A stretch of DNA of 57,930 nt from Chlamydiales bacterium (GTDB taxonomy: Bacteria > Chlamydiota > Chlamydiia > Chlamydiales > JARBTN01), in assembly GCA_029240195.1 (NCBI GenBank), contig JARBTN010000001.1:1-57930 (forward strand), in the 5' to 3' direction. A program made the translations under genes and the position numbers. This document shows positions 9,358-23,434 of this stretch, one piece after another. Each line of letters opens with the position of its first letter. Position 1 is the first letter of the stretch. The notes beneath the pieces are model-generated. The model was not told the origin of the DNA, did no database searches, and saw only the letters and a program-made list of their open reading frames with translations.

Positions 9358-9387
9358 TTGCTCTTTTTTCGTGGTTTATATTATACT
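9358..9387 (+). promoter_or_regulatory. Candidate sigma-70-like promoter for the rplKAJL operon
   Basis: TTGCTC (9358-9363), an 18-nt spacer, then TATACT (9382-9387). This would give a leader of about 290 nt before rplK. The call rests on pattern match only. Confidence 0.25.
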
Positions 9388-9681
9388 TACCGCTTGCTCT
9401 TTCAACAGAGTGTTTTCCAAGGCATTGCCCCTTTTTTAGAGGCCAATGTTTTGATAATAAATTTAGCCTCTAAACAAAGCATGAGTAGTGTGTGGGTTTG
9501 AAGAGAGTGAAAACAAGCTAGTCGATGCAAATTGGCTGTTTTCCACTCAAGCGGCGTTTTCAGCTTTTTTTGGGCCAGATCGTTCCAAGGAAAAGTTGAC
9601 TTTGCTTGAATTAGCGAGATCGCCCGCTCTTTTAGCTCTCATGCCCCATTAAATTTTTTGAGCCTTTTTAGGGAATGATCC

Positions 9682-10110
9682 ATGGCAAAAAAAAAACTGA
9701 TTAAAATCATCAAGCTGCAAATTCCTGCAGGAAAGGCTAATCCAGCACCTCCAATCGGACCAGCACTTGGTTCGGCAGGGGTCAACATTATGGCTTTCTG
9801 TAAGGAATTCAATGCGAGAACGCAGGCGCAGATGGGTGACATTTTACCTGTCGAAATCAGCGTCTTTGCAGATAAGTCGTTCACCTTTATCACAAAGAAG
9901 CCTCCGGTTGCTAATTTAATTAAAAAAGCTGTCGGAATCGATAAGGGCTCTGCAATTCCAAATAGAAATAAAGTCGGCAAGTTGACTTACGCTCAAGCAG
10001 AGCAAATTGCTCAAGACAAGATAGAAAACATGAATGCGCGCGAAACGCAAGCCGCCGTCAGATCTGTCCTGGGTACTGCTCGTTCCATGGGAATTGACGT
10101 TCAACATTAG
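9682..10110 (+). CDS. rplK: 50S ribosomal protein L11
   Basis: [45 protein letters not shown], canonical L11. Confidence 0.97.
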   Translation: MAKKKLIKIIKLQIPAGKANPAPPIGPALGSAGVNIMAFCKEFNARTQAQMGDILPVEISVFADKSFTFITKKPPVANLIKKAVGIDKGSAIPNRNKVGKLTYAQAEQIAQDKIENMNARETQAAVRSVLGTARSMGIDVQH

Positions 10111-10118
10111 GAAGAAAT

Positions 10119-10817
10119 ATGGCGCGAAATAGCAAAAGATATCAAGAAATGGCCAAGCTTGTAGAAGCTAACAAGCTCTACAGCTTAGAAGAAGCTGTGG
10201 CTATTTTACAGCATTGCCCGCCGGTAAAATTTGATCAGTCAGTGGAAACTTCTGTGATTCTCGGCATCGACCCGAGAAAATCGGATCAAGCGGTGCGCGG
10301 CACGGTTTCCTTGCCCAATGGGACAGGTAAGTCGTTGCGAGTGCTCGTTCTCGCCAGAGGCGAGAAGATCCAAGAAGCAGTTGCTGCTGGCGCTGATTTT
10401 GCTGGTCACGATGAGCTCATCATGAAGATCCAAGGGGGTTGGACAGACTTTGATGCGATGGTCGCCACTCCAGATATGATGCGCGAAGTGGGTAAGCTGG
10501 GTAAAATTTTAGGCCCCAGAGGCTTGATGCCAACGCCGAAAGCGGGAACGGTTACAACCGATGTCGCCAAAGCTGTGCAAGAGCTGAAAATGGGTAAAGT
10601 AGAATTTAAGGCGGACCGTCATGGTGCCGTCAATGGCATGGTAGGAAAGCTGTCGTTCAGCAAAGAGCAACTAGTGCAGAACTTTAGAGCTTGGCTTTCT
10701 GCTGTGGTGCGTGCAAAACCGGCGACAGCAAAAGGACAGTTCATCAGATCGATCGCACTTTCCTCGACTATGGGCCCTGGCATGAAAATCGACCTGCATC
10801 AAGTTGATGTAGCTTAA
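10119..10817 (+). CDS. rplA: 50S ribosomal protein L1
   Basis: 232 aa with [34 protein letters not shown] and [16 protein letters not shown]. Confidence 0.97.
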   Translation: MARNSKRYQEMAKLVEANKLYSLEEAVAILQHCPPVKFDQSVETSVILGIDPRKSDQAVRGTVSLPNGTGKSLRVLVLARGEKIQEAVAAGADFAGHDELIMKIQGGWTDFDAMVATPDMMREVGKLGKILGPRGLMPTPKAGTVTTDVAKAVQELKMGKVEFKADRHGAVNGMVGKLSFSKEQLVQNFRAWLSAVVRAKPATAKGQFIRSIALSSTMGPGMKIDLHQVDVA

Positions 10818-10831
10818 AGGAGAGAAGCCGC

Positions 10832-11401
10832 GTGAGAAAGGAAAAACAACTTCTTTTAGATGATATGGCTTCCCATCTTGGGGACAAAAAGTCCTTCTTG
10901 GTGACTCGCTACAAACTAACTGCAAAAAGTGCTGATGATTTTCGCTGCAAAGTGGCTAGCGTCGGCGGCGGTTTTGGAGTGATTCGCAAAAGAATTCTTG
11001 TCAAAGCTGCAGCAAATGTCGGCGTAGAGCTCGATGTCAAGGCTTTAGAAGGACATGTCGGCGTTGTCTTCTCTGCAGAAGACCCGATCGAGACAACCAA
11101 GACCGTGTTTCAATTCAGCCAAGAGAATCAGTCTGCGATTGAAGTCTTGTGCGGAGTTGTCGAAGGACAATTCTATACAGGCGCTCAAGTCGAAAGACTT
11201 TCCAAGCTGCCAGGTAAAGATCAGATGAGATCCGAGTTGCTCGGTCTATTTGAAGCTCCGATGTCTCAAACCTTGTCTGTGATGGAAGCTCTGTTGACCA
11301 GTGTCATCCATTGCCTGAAGAATAAGTGTGAGCAATCTGAGCAGACCGAGTCTGCTGAGTCGACAGAAGCTGGAGAGCCAGCTGAGCAATCTCAAGCTTA
11401 A
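10832..11401 (+). CDS. rplJ: 50S ribosomal protein L10 (acidic Glu/Ser/Gln C-terminal tail)
   Basis: Assigned by position between rplA and rplL, GTG start after AAGGAG, and L10-like body (LVTRYKLTAKSADDFRCKV..GVIRKRIL). The SEQTESAESTEAGEPAEQSQA tail is unusual. Confidence 0.9.
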   Translation: MRKEKQLLLDDMASHLGDKKSFLVTRYKLTAKSADDFRCKVASVGGGFGVIRKRILVKAAANVGVELDVKALEGHVGVVFSAEDPIETTKTVFQFSQENQSAIEVLCGVVEGQFYTGAQVERLSKLPGKDQMRSELLGLFEAPMSQTLSVMEALLTSVIHCLKNKCEQSEQTESAESTEAGEPAEQSQA

Positions 11402-11446
11402 CGAACAATAAATTTAACAGACGCTTATCAATTAAAGAGGTTTATC

Positions 11447-11833
11447 GTGGGTATGAAACAAGAAGAACTCGTTGAAGCCCTTAGTCAACTGACTGTGCTT
11501 GAAATGGCGGAGCTGAAGACAGCTCTTGAAGACAAATGGGGTGTAAAAGCCGCTGCAGCTCCTGTGATGGCCGCAATGCCAGCACAAGCAGCTCCTGAGG
11601 CCGCTCCTGAATCGACAGATTTCGAAGTGACTTTGGTCGAAGCTCCTGCTGACAAGAAAATCGGCGTCATCAAAGTGGTGCGCGAGATCACAGGCCTTGG
11701 CTTGAAAGAAGCAAAAGACGTTGTTGACGGCGCTCCTAAAGTGCTGAAAGACAGCGCTCCTAAAGCACAAGCTGACGAAATCGCTAAGAAGCTCGAAGCT
11801 GCTGGCGCTAAAGTGAAATTGAAAGGGCTGTAA
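11447..11833 (+). CDS. rplL: 50S ribosomal protein L7/L12
   Basis: [28 protein letters not shown], an Ala/Pro hinge, then [27 protein letters not shown]. The start is GTG 11447 or ATG 11453. Confidence 0.95.
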   Translation: MGMKQEELVEALSQLTVLEMAELKTALEDKWGVKAAAAPVMAAMPAQAAPEAAPESTDFEVTLVEAPADKKIGVIKVVREITGLGLKEAKDVVDGAPKVLKDSAPKAQADEIAKKLEAAGAKVKLKGL

Positions 11834-11854
11834 TTTACAGCTGGTTCAATCGAT

Positions 11855-11903
11855 GAGGACATCTATAAAATGCTTCAAGGCATGGCGAGATGTCCTCTTT
11901 TTT
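11855..11903 (+). terminator. Rho-independent terminator/attenuator after rplL
   Basis: The gaggacatc...gatgtcctc stem (with inner atgc/gcat pairing) is followed by TTTTTT (11898-11903). This is analogous to the rplL-rpoB attenuator known in E. coli. Confidence 0.7.
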
Positions 11904-12599
11904 AGCTTAAGTTGCCTTAGAATGATAAAATGAAGTCTTTAGTCTAAAAATAGGTGCTGCACTCTTTGGAACCCACTCGCCTTAAATCCTATTTTAGTTT
12001 CCAGATCGAGTGATCTCTCATGTTATTTTTCTCACTATTTTTCTAGTGATCGAGCCAGCTTTCGCCTCATTTAGAGAAAGTGCTGGTTGCTCTTAATTAT
12101 ACTTTCGTTTATTGTTTTTAGCAAAAAAAAGAAGTGGATCCATGGGCTTTATAGAAGGCCTCAAGAAGGGCTCGTGCGGCAGTTTTCAAAGAAAATACTG
12201 ATGGGTCTTTTTTAAATTATCGCTCTTTTGCCTCTGTTTTGCAAGAGATTTTGTAAGAGATTGTGCAAAAGATTGTGACGCCTTTTTGCCTTTTTCAGCG
12301 TAAAAGCCATTAAAAAAAGCCATGAAATGCTTGGCCAGATGCCATGAGCCGTTTTTTAAAACGCGCTTATGATAGAGCTGCATTTTTAAAGGCCTCGGCA
12401 GGCTTTAGAAAATGTTTTAAGCTAAAAAGCGATGAAGCTTTAGGGTTAGGGAAAGGAGTTTTTATCGCGCTTTAAGTTTAGCTTGGGAAGAGAAGGCTTT
12501 CGGGGATTATCTCGCCGGATCTTCCTGTAATCAGCTAACCTTTTCCCTGTAGATATAAAAAGTATCGGCTTGATATCCAAATTTAGATGAGGAGTCTCT

Positions 12600-15500
12600 A
12601 TGTTAAAAAGGCCGCCGCGTCGTGTCAGTTTCACGGAAAAGGATGACATCATCGATCTTCCTAATTTGATTGAAGTCCAAATTAAGTCCTACAATCAATT
12701 CTTACAGTTAAATGTCCTTCCGGAGGAGCGCCAAAACATCGGTCTGCAGGAAGTCTTTACTGAGATCTTTCCAATTAAGTCCTACGATGAAAAAACGATC
12801 ATTGAATTTGTCTCTTACAATCTCGGCGTTCCGAGATACACTCCAGAAGAGTGCATCCGCCGTGGCATCAGCTATAACGTCACGCTGAAAGTTAAATTTC
12901 GCCTGACGGACGAGACGGGGATTAAGGAAGAAGAAGTGTACATGGGCACGCTCCCTGTCATGACCGATAAGGGAACTTTCATCATCAACGGCGCTGAGCG
13001 CGTTGTCGTTTCCCAGCTGCACCGCTCTCCGGGGATTTGCTTTGAGCAAGAGCGCTCGCCTCGTGGCAACATGATCTACTCTTTCCGCATCATTCCCTAT
13101 CGTGGAAGCTGGCTGGAAGGGGCTTTTGACTCCAATGACCTCATCTACATTTACATCGACCGGAAGAAAAGACGGCGCAAAATTTTGGCCACCACTTTTA
13201 TCCGCACCCTGGGCTACTCCAGCAACGCCGATATCATCGAAGAATTTTTTGATACGCGCAAAGTGCGCATCAAATCGGAAAAAGATTTTGCCAAATACCT
13301 AGGGAAAATCTTAGCGCAAGACGTGTTGGATGAAAATACAGGCGTTCTCTTTGGCAAAGCGGGCGAAAAATTGACCACCGCCATGCTCAAGCGGATGATG
13401 GATGCCTCGATCGACCAAATCCGCATTGCGGAAAATGCCGATGAGACCAGCCCCATCATCAAGATGCTGGCCAAAGACCCGACCGACTCTTATGAGACGG
13501 CTTTAAAAGACTTTTATCGCAAGATCCGACCCGGCGAGCCAGCAACTCTCAGCAATGCCAGATCGGCCATCATGCGCCTGTTCTTCGATCCTAAGCGCTA
13601 CAACTTAGGGCGCGTTGGCAGATATAAGCTCAACTCTAAGCTCGGCCTCGAGCTAAACGATGAAGCGCTGCAAGTGGTGACGCTGAAGAAAGAAGACATT
13701 GTCGGCGCCGTCAAATACCTGATCGATTTGAAAGAAGGCAAAGACCACGTTTTAATCGACGACATCGACCACCTCGGCAACCGCCGCGTGCGTTCAGTCG
13801 GCGAGCTGATTCAAAACCAGTGCCGCGTCGGCTTAGCGCGTATGGAAAAGATCATTCGCGAGCGGATGAATCTGTTTGACTTCACCTCCGATACACTGAC
13901 TCCTGGCAAGATCGTCTCTGCTAAGGGCCTATCCGGTGTGCTCAAAGATTTCTTTGGCCGTTCTCAGCTCTCTCAATTCATGGACCAGACCAACCCCGTT
14001 GCAGAGCTGACGCACAAGCGGCGCCTCTCCTCGCTCGGACCTGGCGGCTTGAACCGCGACCGCGCGGGCTTTGAAGTGCGCGACGTGCACTCTAGCCACT
14101 ACGGACGGATCTGCCCGATTGAGACGCCAGAAGGACCAAACATCGGTCTGATCACGTCTCTTTCCTCCTTTGCCAAAATCAATGAATTTGGCTTCATCGA
14201 GACGCCCTACCGCGTCGTGCGCGACGGCATCGTCACCGATGAGATCGAATACATGACAGCGGACCAAGAAGAACAGTGCGTCATCGCCCAGGCTTCGGCT
14301 CGACTCGATGAATTTAAGATGTTCAAAGATTCATTCGTCTGGGCCCGCCATCGCGGCGAGTCTTTTGAGATTGAGCATGAGCGCGTCTCTCATATGGACG
14401 TCTCGCCAAAGCAGCTCGTCTCGATCGTCACCGGCCTCATTCCCTTTTTGGAGCACGATGACGCCAACCGCGCTTTGATGGGTTCGAACATGCAACGGCA
14501 AGCGGTCCCTCTTTTAAGGCCTAAGTCGCCGATTGTCGGCACAGGGCTTGAACTGCGGGCTGCCAAAGACAGCGGCGCTGTCATCATCTCCGAAGAGGAA
14601 GGTGTCATCGAATATGTCGACGGCTTTAAGATTGTCGTCGCGCCAAAAGACCGCCGCAAGGAAAAGAAGACCTACCTGCTCAAGAAATTCTTGCGCTCCA
14701 ATGCCGGCTCCTGCATCAACCAGACCCCTCTTTGCGAAGTGGGCGACGAAGTGCGCGCAGGCGATGTGCTGGCCGATGGGCCTGCCACCGACAAAGGGGA
14801 GATTGCCCTCGGTAAAAACGTTTTAGTCGCCTTCATGTCGTGGCGTGGCTACAACTACGAGGATGCTATCATCATCAACGAAAAGCTGCTGCGCGAGGAC
14901 TACTACACCTCCATCTACATCGAAGAGTTTGAGCTGACTGCCCGCGATACCAAGCTTGGTAAAGAAGAGATCACAAGAGACATTCCAAACGTTTCAGAAG
15001 AGGTCTTGACCAACCTAGGCGAAGACGGCATCATCCGCATTGGAGCTGAAGTGAAGCTTGGCGACATCTTAGTCGGCAAAATCACTCCCAAGTCAGAGAC
15101 GGAGCTCGCTCCTGAAGAGCGCTTGCTGCGCGCTATCTTTGGAGAAAAGGCCGCAGACGTCAAAGACGCCTCCTTGACTGTGCCTCCTGGCACCGAAGGG
15201 GTGGTCATGGATGTCAAGGTGTTTAGCCGCAAAGACGACCTCTCCAATCGTCCAGACCAGCAGATTGTTGAAGAGGCCACGCAGATCAAGGCCATCCAAA
15301 AAGATTATCGCCAAAAGCTGCTCGAGCTCAAGACCGAAAAGCACGAACGTCTGGGCGCTTTGCTCTTAAATGAGATTGCCCCAGGAACTGTCGTCCATCG
15401 CCGCACAGCCGAAGTCCTCATCGACGAAGGCTCTTTGATGACGCAAGAGACCATTCAGCTAGTTGAAGGGGAGAAAGTCGAAGATCTGCTCATGCCAGAA

Positions 15501-16379
15501 AACGACATCTACGATACGCTGAAAGGGATTTTAAAAGATTGCGAGACCGCCTTGCAGACCATTGAGACGCAGTATCGCACAGCTTTGGAGCACACCCGCA
15601 AAGGGGATACGGACTTAGACCCAGGCGTCATCCGCCAGGTGAAAGTCTATGTCGCCTCCAAGAGAAAGCTGCAGGTGGGCGATAAGATGGCCGGCCGGCA
15701 CGGAAACAAAGGGGTTGTGTCCAACATCGTCCCTGAAGCCGACATGCCCTTCTTAGAAGATGGCCGCACCATCGAGATCATCTTGAACCCGATCGGCGTT
15801 CCTTCTCGGATGAACATGGGGCAGCTCTTAGAGACGCACCTTGGCATGGCCGCTCAACGCCATGACATGCATGTCAAGACGCCTGTCTTTGAAGGCTTTC
15901 CAGAGAAAGAAATCTGGCGCCTGATGAAAGAAGTGGGCTGGCCAGAAGATGGCAAGTTCCATCTCTACGATGGGTGCTCAGGCGATCGCTTCGATGGACG
16001 CGTCGTCGTCGGCTACATCTACATGCTGAAGCTCATGCACTTGGTGGCGGATAAAATCCACGCCCGCGCCGTCGGCCCGTACTCCTTAGTCACCCAGCAG
16101 CCGCTCGGTGGTAAGGCTCAGATGGGAGGTCAGCGCTTTGGGGAGATGGAAGTGTGGGCCCTCTTAGCTTATGGCTGCGCCCACGTCCTCCAAGAGATTC
16201 TGACTGTCAAGTCAGACGATGTGGCAGGCCGTACGCGTATCTACGAGTCGATTGTCAAAGGCGAGAACTTCTTAAGCCCAGGCATTCCCGAATCGTTCAA
16301 CGTTCTCGTCAAAGAGATGCAAGGACTCGGGCTCGATGTGCGCACGAACGCTTTAATTGAAGACGAAGCGTCTCTTTAA
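12600..16379 (+). CDS. rpoB: DNA-directed RNA polymerase subunit beta
   Basis: 1259 aa, with [33 protein letters not shown] and [15 protein letters not shown] motifs. Confidence 0.99.
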   Translation: MLKRPPRRVSFTEKDDIIDLPNLIEVQIKSYNQFLQLNVLPEERQNIGLQEVFTEIFPIKSYDEKTIIEFVSYNLGVPRYTPEECIRRGISYNVTLKVKFRLTDETGIKEEEVYMGTLPVMTDKGTFIINGAERVVVSQLHRSPGICFEQERSPRGNMIYSFRIIPYRGSWLEGAFDSNDLIYIYIDRKKRRRKILATTFIRTLGYSSNADIIEEFFDTRKVRIKSEKDFAKYLGKILAQDVLDENTGVLFGKAGEKLTTAMLKRMMDASIDQIRIAENADETSPIIKMLAKDPTDSYETALKDFYRKIRPGEPATLSNARSAIMRLFFDPKRYNLGRVGRYKLNSKLGLELNDEALQVVTLKKEDIVGAVKYLIDLKEGKDHVLIDDIDHLGNRRVRSVGELIQNQCRVGLARMEKIIRERMNLFDFTSDTLTPGKIVSAKGLSGVLKDFFGRSQLSQFMDQTNPVAELTHKRRLSSLGPGGLNRDRAGFEVRDVHSSHYGRICPIETPEGPNIGLITSLSSFAKINEFGFIETPYRVVRDGIVTDEIEYMTADQEEQCVIAQASARLDEFKMFKDSFVWARHRGESFEIEHERVSHMDVSPKQLVSIVTGLIPFLEHDDANRALMGSNMQRQAVPLLRPKSPIVGTGLELRAAKDSGAVIISEEEGVIEYVDGFKIVVAPKDRRKEKKTYLLKKFLRSNAGSCINQTPLCEVGDEVRAGDVLADGPATDKGEIALGKNVLVAFMSWRGYNYEDAIIINEKLLREDYYTSIYIEEFELTARDTKLGKEEITRDIPNVSEEVLTNLGEDGIIRIGAEVKLGDILVGKITPKSETELAPEERLLRAIFGEKAADVKDASLTVPPGTEGVVMDVKVFSRKDDLSNRPDQQIVEEATQIKAIQKDYRQKLLELKTEKHERLGALLLNEIAPGTVVHRRTAEVLIDEGSLMTQETIQLVEGEKVEDLLMPENDIYDTLKGILKDCETALQTIETQYRTALEHTRKGDTDLDPGVIRQVKVYVASKRKLQVGDKMAGRHGNKGVVSNIVPEADMPFLEDGRTIEIILNPIGVPSRMNMGQLLETHLGMAAQRHDMHVKTPVFEGFPEKEIWRLMKEVGWPEDGKFHLYDGCSGDRFDGRVVVGYIYMLKLMHLVADKIHARAVGPYSLVTQQPLGGKAQMGGQRFGEMEVWALLAYGCAHVLQEILTVKSDDVAGRTRIYESIVKGENFLSPGIPESFNVLVKEMQGLGLDVRTNALIEDEASL

Positions 16380-16387
16380 TCCTTAAA

Positions 16388-16416
16388 TAGCCGGGAGCGC
16401 TAGTCGCTCCCGGCTA
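16388..16416 (+). other. 12-bp perfect stem-loop in the rpoB-rpoC spacer
   Basis: tagccgggagcg-ctagt-cgctcccggcta, starting 9 nt after the rpoB stop. There is no T-run, so a processing or stability element is more likely than a terminator. Confidence 0.4.
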
Positions 16417-16531
16417 GAAATACCTGTTATCCAAGGGGATCTTTTCCCTTTGATGGTCTATTAGGCTCTTAAAGCGCTGGCGATTACCCCTTATTCCTTA
16501 AGCCGCGCTTAAAAAAAAATCAGGAGACAGC

Positions 16532-20710
<4,179 letters not shown>

Positions 20711-20817
20711 GCTTTAAGGTTGGAAAGGCGTGTTGGAGGGGAACATTTGCCCCTCTCCAACCCTCTCTCCACTAAAGAGCAGAAAACTTTATAGCTTTTT
20801 GCAATCTCTTGAGATGA

Positions 20818-20870
20818 TAAAAAAGGCTTTAAACCATAGGCCAAAAGCCTAAGGTTTAAAGCCTTTTTTT
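20818..20870. terminator. Terminator hairpin, copy B of the 4-member family
   Basis: aaaaaaGGCTTTAAACC-ataggccaaaagcctaa-GGTTTAAAGCCttttttt, about 110 nt after the rpoC stop. Confidence 0.6.
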
Positions 20871-20964
20871 ATGCCTTCAAAAAATAATTGTTTTGAGTTT
20901 ATTACTTTAATTCTTTTATAATGATAGCTCCTTAGTAATAACTATTCAAAAAAAAGGAATTGTT

Positions 20965-21327
20965 GTGATGAATATATCAGAAGATCGAACCTTTGTCCTC
21001 TGCGCCAATCTCTGGGGAGCCATCCTCCTCGCGCGCTCGCTTAAACCTGCCGCCAAAGGAATCTCTCTCCAGGTTTCTAAAGTCGCCCAGCGCATCTTTC
21101 ACACCTTGAAAAATGTCTTTAACTGGCACGATTCAAGATTCACCCCAGAAAATCGGCAGAAGTACTTCACCAACTGTCAGACTATCCTCAAACTTAGGTC
21201 TATAGCTGCTTTTAGAGAGGCTCGGAGAAAATTTTTCTTTGGGAGCCTTTTAGTGATTCCATTAATCGGCAATGTCGCTGCTGCTTTCCTCTCTAAAAAT
21301 GCTGAATGCAACAAAGCCTTTGCTTAA
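20965..21327 (+). CDS. Hypothetical small protein with a C-terminal hydrophobic segment
   Basis: 120-aa ORF (GTG 20965 or ATG 20968) after AAGGAA. FFFGSLLVIPLIGNVAAAFL lies near the C-terminus. I recognise no family. Confidence 0.35.
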   Translation: MMNISEDRTFVLCANLWGAILLARSLKPAAKGISLQVSKVAQRIFHTLKNVFNWHDSRFTPENRQKYFTNCQTILKLRSIAAFREARRKFFFGSLLVIPLIGNVAAAFLSKNAECNKAFA

Positions 21328-21438
21328 AATTGTATTTGATGCCGTTTAATCTATTATAAAATTTTATTTTAATTTAAATGAATTTTTATTAGTATTTGGT
21401 TAAACGGTGTTAAATAATATTTGAGCTCAGGTGTCTAT

Positions 21439-22155
21439 ATGATAAAATATGTGCATAGTTTTATTTTCTCGGCTGTTCTTTTCCTTTCTCATATTGAGAA
21501 GGGGAACGCCTTGAGCAGAAACCTCAATCAAGATTCTTTCCTCTCTCTCCCATATATAGAGTGCGATTCCAAATCTTTTGGCCGCTATTATAGCGAGACC
21601 GAGCTCTTGTCCCTCCTATCGGCAAGATCTGATGTGCGCCATCTCGACTTGTCGGGGCAATGCGAGATGAGCGAGGCCCTTTTTTACCTGATCGGGCAGC
21701 AAATGCAAAGTTTAGAGTCGCTCTGGCTAGAGGGGCATGTCCTCTTTCATAAGACGCGCTATGGCGGCTGGGAATCGATCCTATTCATGCCCATCACGCC
21801 GCTGAAGCTCGAGCAGCTCTTTTCTTCGGCGGTTGGCTTAAAAGCGCTGTCGCTGAAGATGTCCTCTGTCGATGACGACGGTCTGCTCGCTCTTTCTAGT
21901 GGAGCGACTGCTTTAGAAGAGCTCGACCTCTCCGGCTGCCCCAATGTCACCGACCAGGGGCTCGACTACCTGGTGGCCTTTTGTCCCCTATTAGAAAAGA
22001 TCACTCTGCTGCCGGTCTTTATCAATAAGCCCTGCGGCCATCAAAAGCTCATTCAGCCTCAGGTGTCTTTAGAAAAGGTGGAAGAATTGAGAAGCCTCGG
22101 AATTGAGGTGGAGTGGTTTCCGATGGAGAGCGATCAGCACGGCTTTTGCCGATAG
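21439..22155 (+). CDS. Secreted eukaryote-like leucine-rich-repeat protein (cysteine-containing FBXL/AMN1-type LRR)
   Basis: ATG 21439 lies 5 nt after AGGTG. Signal-like MIKYVHSFIFSAVLFLSHIEKGNA. LRR_CC units: VRHLDLSGQCEMSEALFYL, LKALSLKMSSVDDDGLLAL, LEELDLSGCPNVTDQGLDYLVAFCPLLEKITL. Confidence 0.7.
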   Translation: MIKYVHSFIFSAVLFLSHIEKGNALSRNLNQDSFLSLPYIECDSKSFGRYYSETELLSLLSARSDVRHLDLSGQCEMSEALFYLIGQQMQSLESLWLEGHVLFHKTRYGGWESILFMPITPLKLEQLFSSAVGLKALSLKMSSVDDDGLLALSSGATALEELDLSGCPNVTDQGLDYLVAFCPLLEKITLLPVFINKPCGHQKLIQPQVSLEKVEELRSLGIEVEWFPMESDQHGFCR

Positions 22156-22354
22156 ATATTGCCTGTTGTCAATAGCCCCTGCTCATGGAAGATTTAAATT
22201 TCACGAGAGATTCGGGGGCTTCTTGCTAAAGAAAATTTGAGTGAATAAATAAGGGTATAAACATTCTTTGTTTTGGTTTTTGTTTCAATTAATTAACTAT
22301 TAGAGTATTATACTCTCTCTTAATTAATTATTGAATAGTCAAAAAAGGATGATT

Positions 22355-23263
22355 ATGTACAACTACACGATGCAAAATGGTTCCTCTTATTCAGTGCCAA
22401 ATAGTGGGATGGGCAGCGCGCCACGGCCAATTCAGCAACCAGCACCAAGCCCTGCGCCAAGGCTAAATCCAATCTTTGAGCCTGGGATGCTGCCCTTTCC
22501 AGCATTTTCAACACAGCCAGCTACAGGTCAATCGCAGCCAGCGCCACGCCAGTACTATGTCAATTTAGACCGCCTCCCTGAACTCATCGATGCCGCTGTC
22601 AAAAATATCTTGCAACAGATCCTCATCCCTATACCCCAGACTGAGGTGCAGCTAACCCCTCTAGCTAGAAATGCAGCTGTCGAGACAACCACAACCACCA
22701 CAACCACAACCACGATGACGGCAACAGCCGATTCCTCTCGAGGATCAGCTGTCAATAAAAGGCCGATTGAGGAAGCAACTAGCATACAAAACCCTCGCCT
22801 CCTTAAGAGACGGATCAAAGAAGAGATGACATCTGAAAAAGAATATAGCCTTGAACAGAGAATCATTGTTGAAGAGGAAACAGATCCTGAAGATGAAATC
22901 TCTCCAATAGAAATTCAACCGATGGTTCGGAGGCGCAAATCCAAACTCTTAAGTGAACACCGGGCTCAAGTGATCATCGAATTATTTATGAAACATAGAG
23001 ATGCATTGATCAATGCCATTCAAAAAGAAGAAAATCGGTTGCTTGGGTCTGGGCCTAATCCGGTCAGGTATGTGGTAAATATTTACGAAAATTTTTTGCA
23101 CGCAACTTCAGTAGACGTGGGTCAATCTATTTTTTCCAAAGTATTGTGTGTGATTTGCGAGAGGGAGTTAGGTGATGATCGCTTGGTCCCTTCAGGCTTA
23201 TTGCAATACAGACAGTTATCGCCAACGATTGCCAGATATTTAGACCGAAACATAGGCAAATAG
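22355..23263 (+). CDS. Hypothetical Pro/Gln-rich protein with a Thr10 tract
   Basis: The track ORF starts at TTG 22331. ATG 22355 has the best spacing from AAGGA. The N-terminal third is P/Q/A-rich (PRPIQQPAPSPAPRLNP..QSQPAPRQYY), followed by ETTTTTTTTTTMTATAD, basic KRRIKEE and RRRKSKLL patches, and a helical C-terminal domain. Confidence 0.55.
   Translation: MYNYTMQNGSSYSVPNSGMGSAPRPIQQPAPSPAPRLNPIFEPGMLPFPAFSTQPATGQSQPAPRQYYVNLDRLPELIDAAVKNILQQILIPIPQTEVQLTPLARNAAVETTTTTTTTTTMTATADSSRGSAVNKRPIEEATSIQNPRLLKRRIKEEMTSEKEYSLEQRIIVEEETDPEDEISPIEIQPMVRRRKSKLLSEHRAQVIIELFMKHRDALINAIQKEENRLLGSGPNPVRYVVNIYENFLHATSVDVGQSIFSKVLCVICERELGDDRLVPSGLLQYRQLSPTIARYLDRNIGK
22685..22714 (+). repeat. ACA/ACC codon microsatellite encoding Thr10
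   Basis: acaaccacaaccaccacaaccacaaccacg lies inside CDS 22355..23263. Confidence 0.9.
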
Positions 23264-23293
23264 AGCTCTTTTAAATTCAGGTGATTAGCTTAT

Positions 23294-23344
23294 AAAAAAG
23301 GCTTTAAACCTTGGGCGCTAGCCCATGGTTTAAAGCCTTTTTTG
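23294..23344. terminator. Bidirectional terminator hairpin, copy C of the family
   Basis: aaaaaaGGCTTTAAACC-ttgggcgctagcccat-GGTTTAAAGCCttttttg lies between convergent 22355..23263 and the groEL paralogue. A-run on the 5-prime side and T-run on the 3-prime side. Confidence 0.65.
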
Positions 23345-23434
23345 TAATCTAAAGGGATACCAAAGGGCAAAAGCCCTTTGGCTGGGGAGGAGGTTTGGAG
23401 GAGGGGCGAGCGGCCCCTCCTTCAAAAAAAATAC

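Noticed and set aside
12186-12652. Minus-strand ORFs 12186..12383 and 12446..12652 in the rplL-rpoB spacer
   Set aside because: They are short and basic, with low-complexity products. Neither has a convincing RBS, and the second overlaps the rpoB start codon region. Both are more likely non-coding leader sequence.
20735-20770. GC-rich gagggg...cccctc hairpins after rpoC (about 20741), after groEL (about 23398-23420) and near 25200, considered as terminators
   Set aside because: Each is followed by an A-run rather than a T-run on the relevant strand. Only the A-run/T-run family hairpins were called terminators. These may be stability elements, but I could not support a call.
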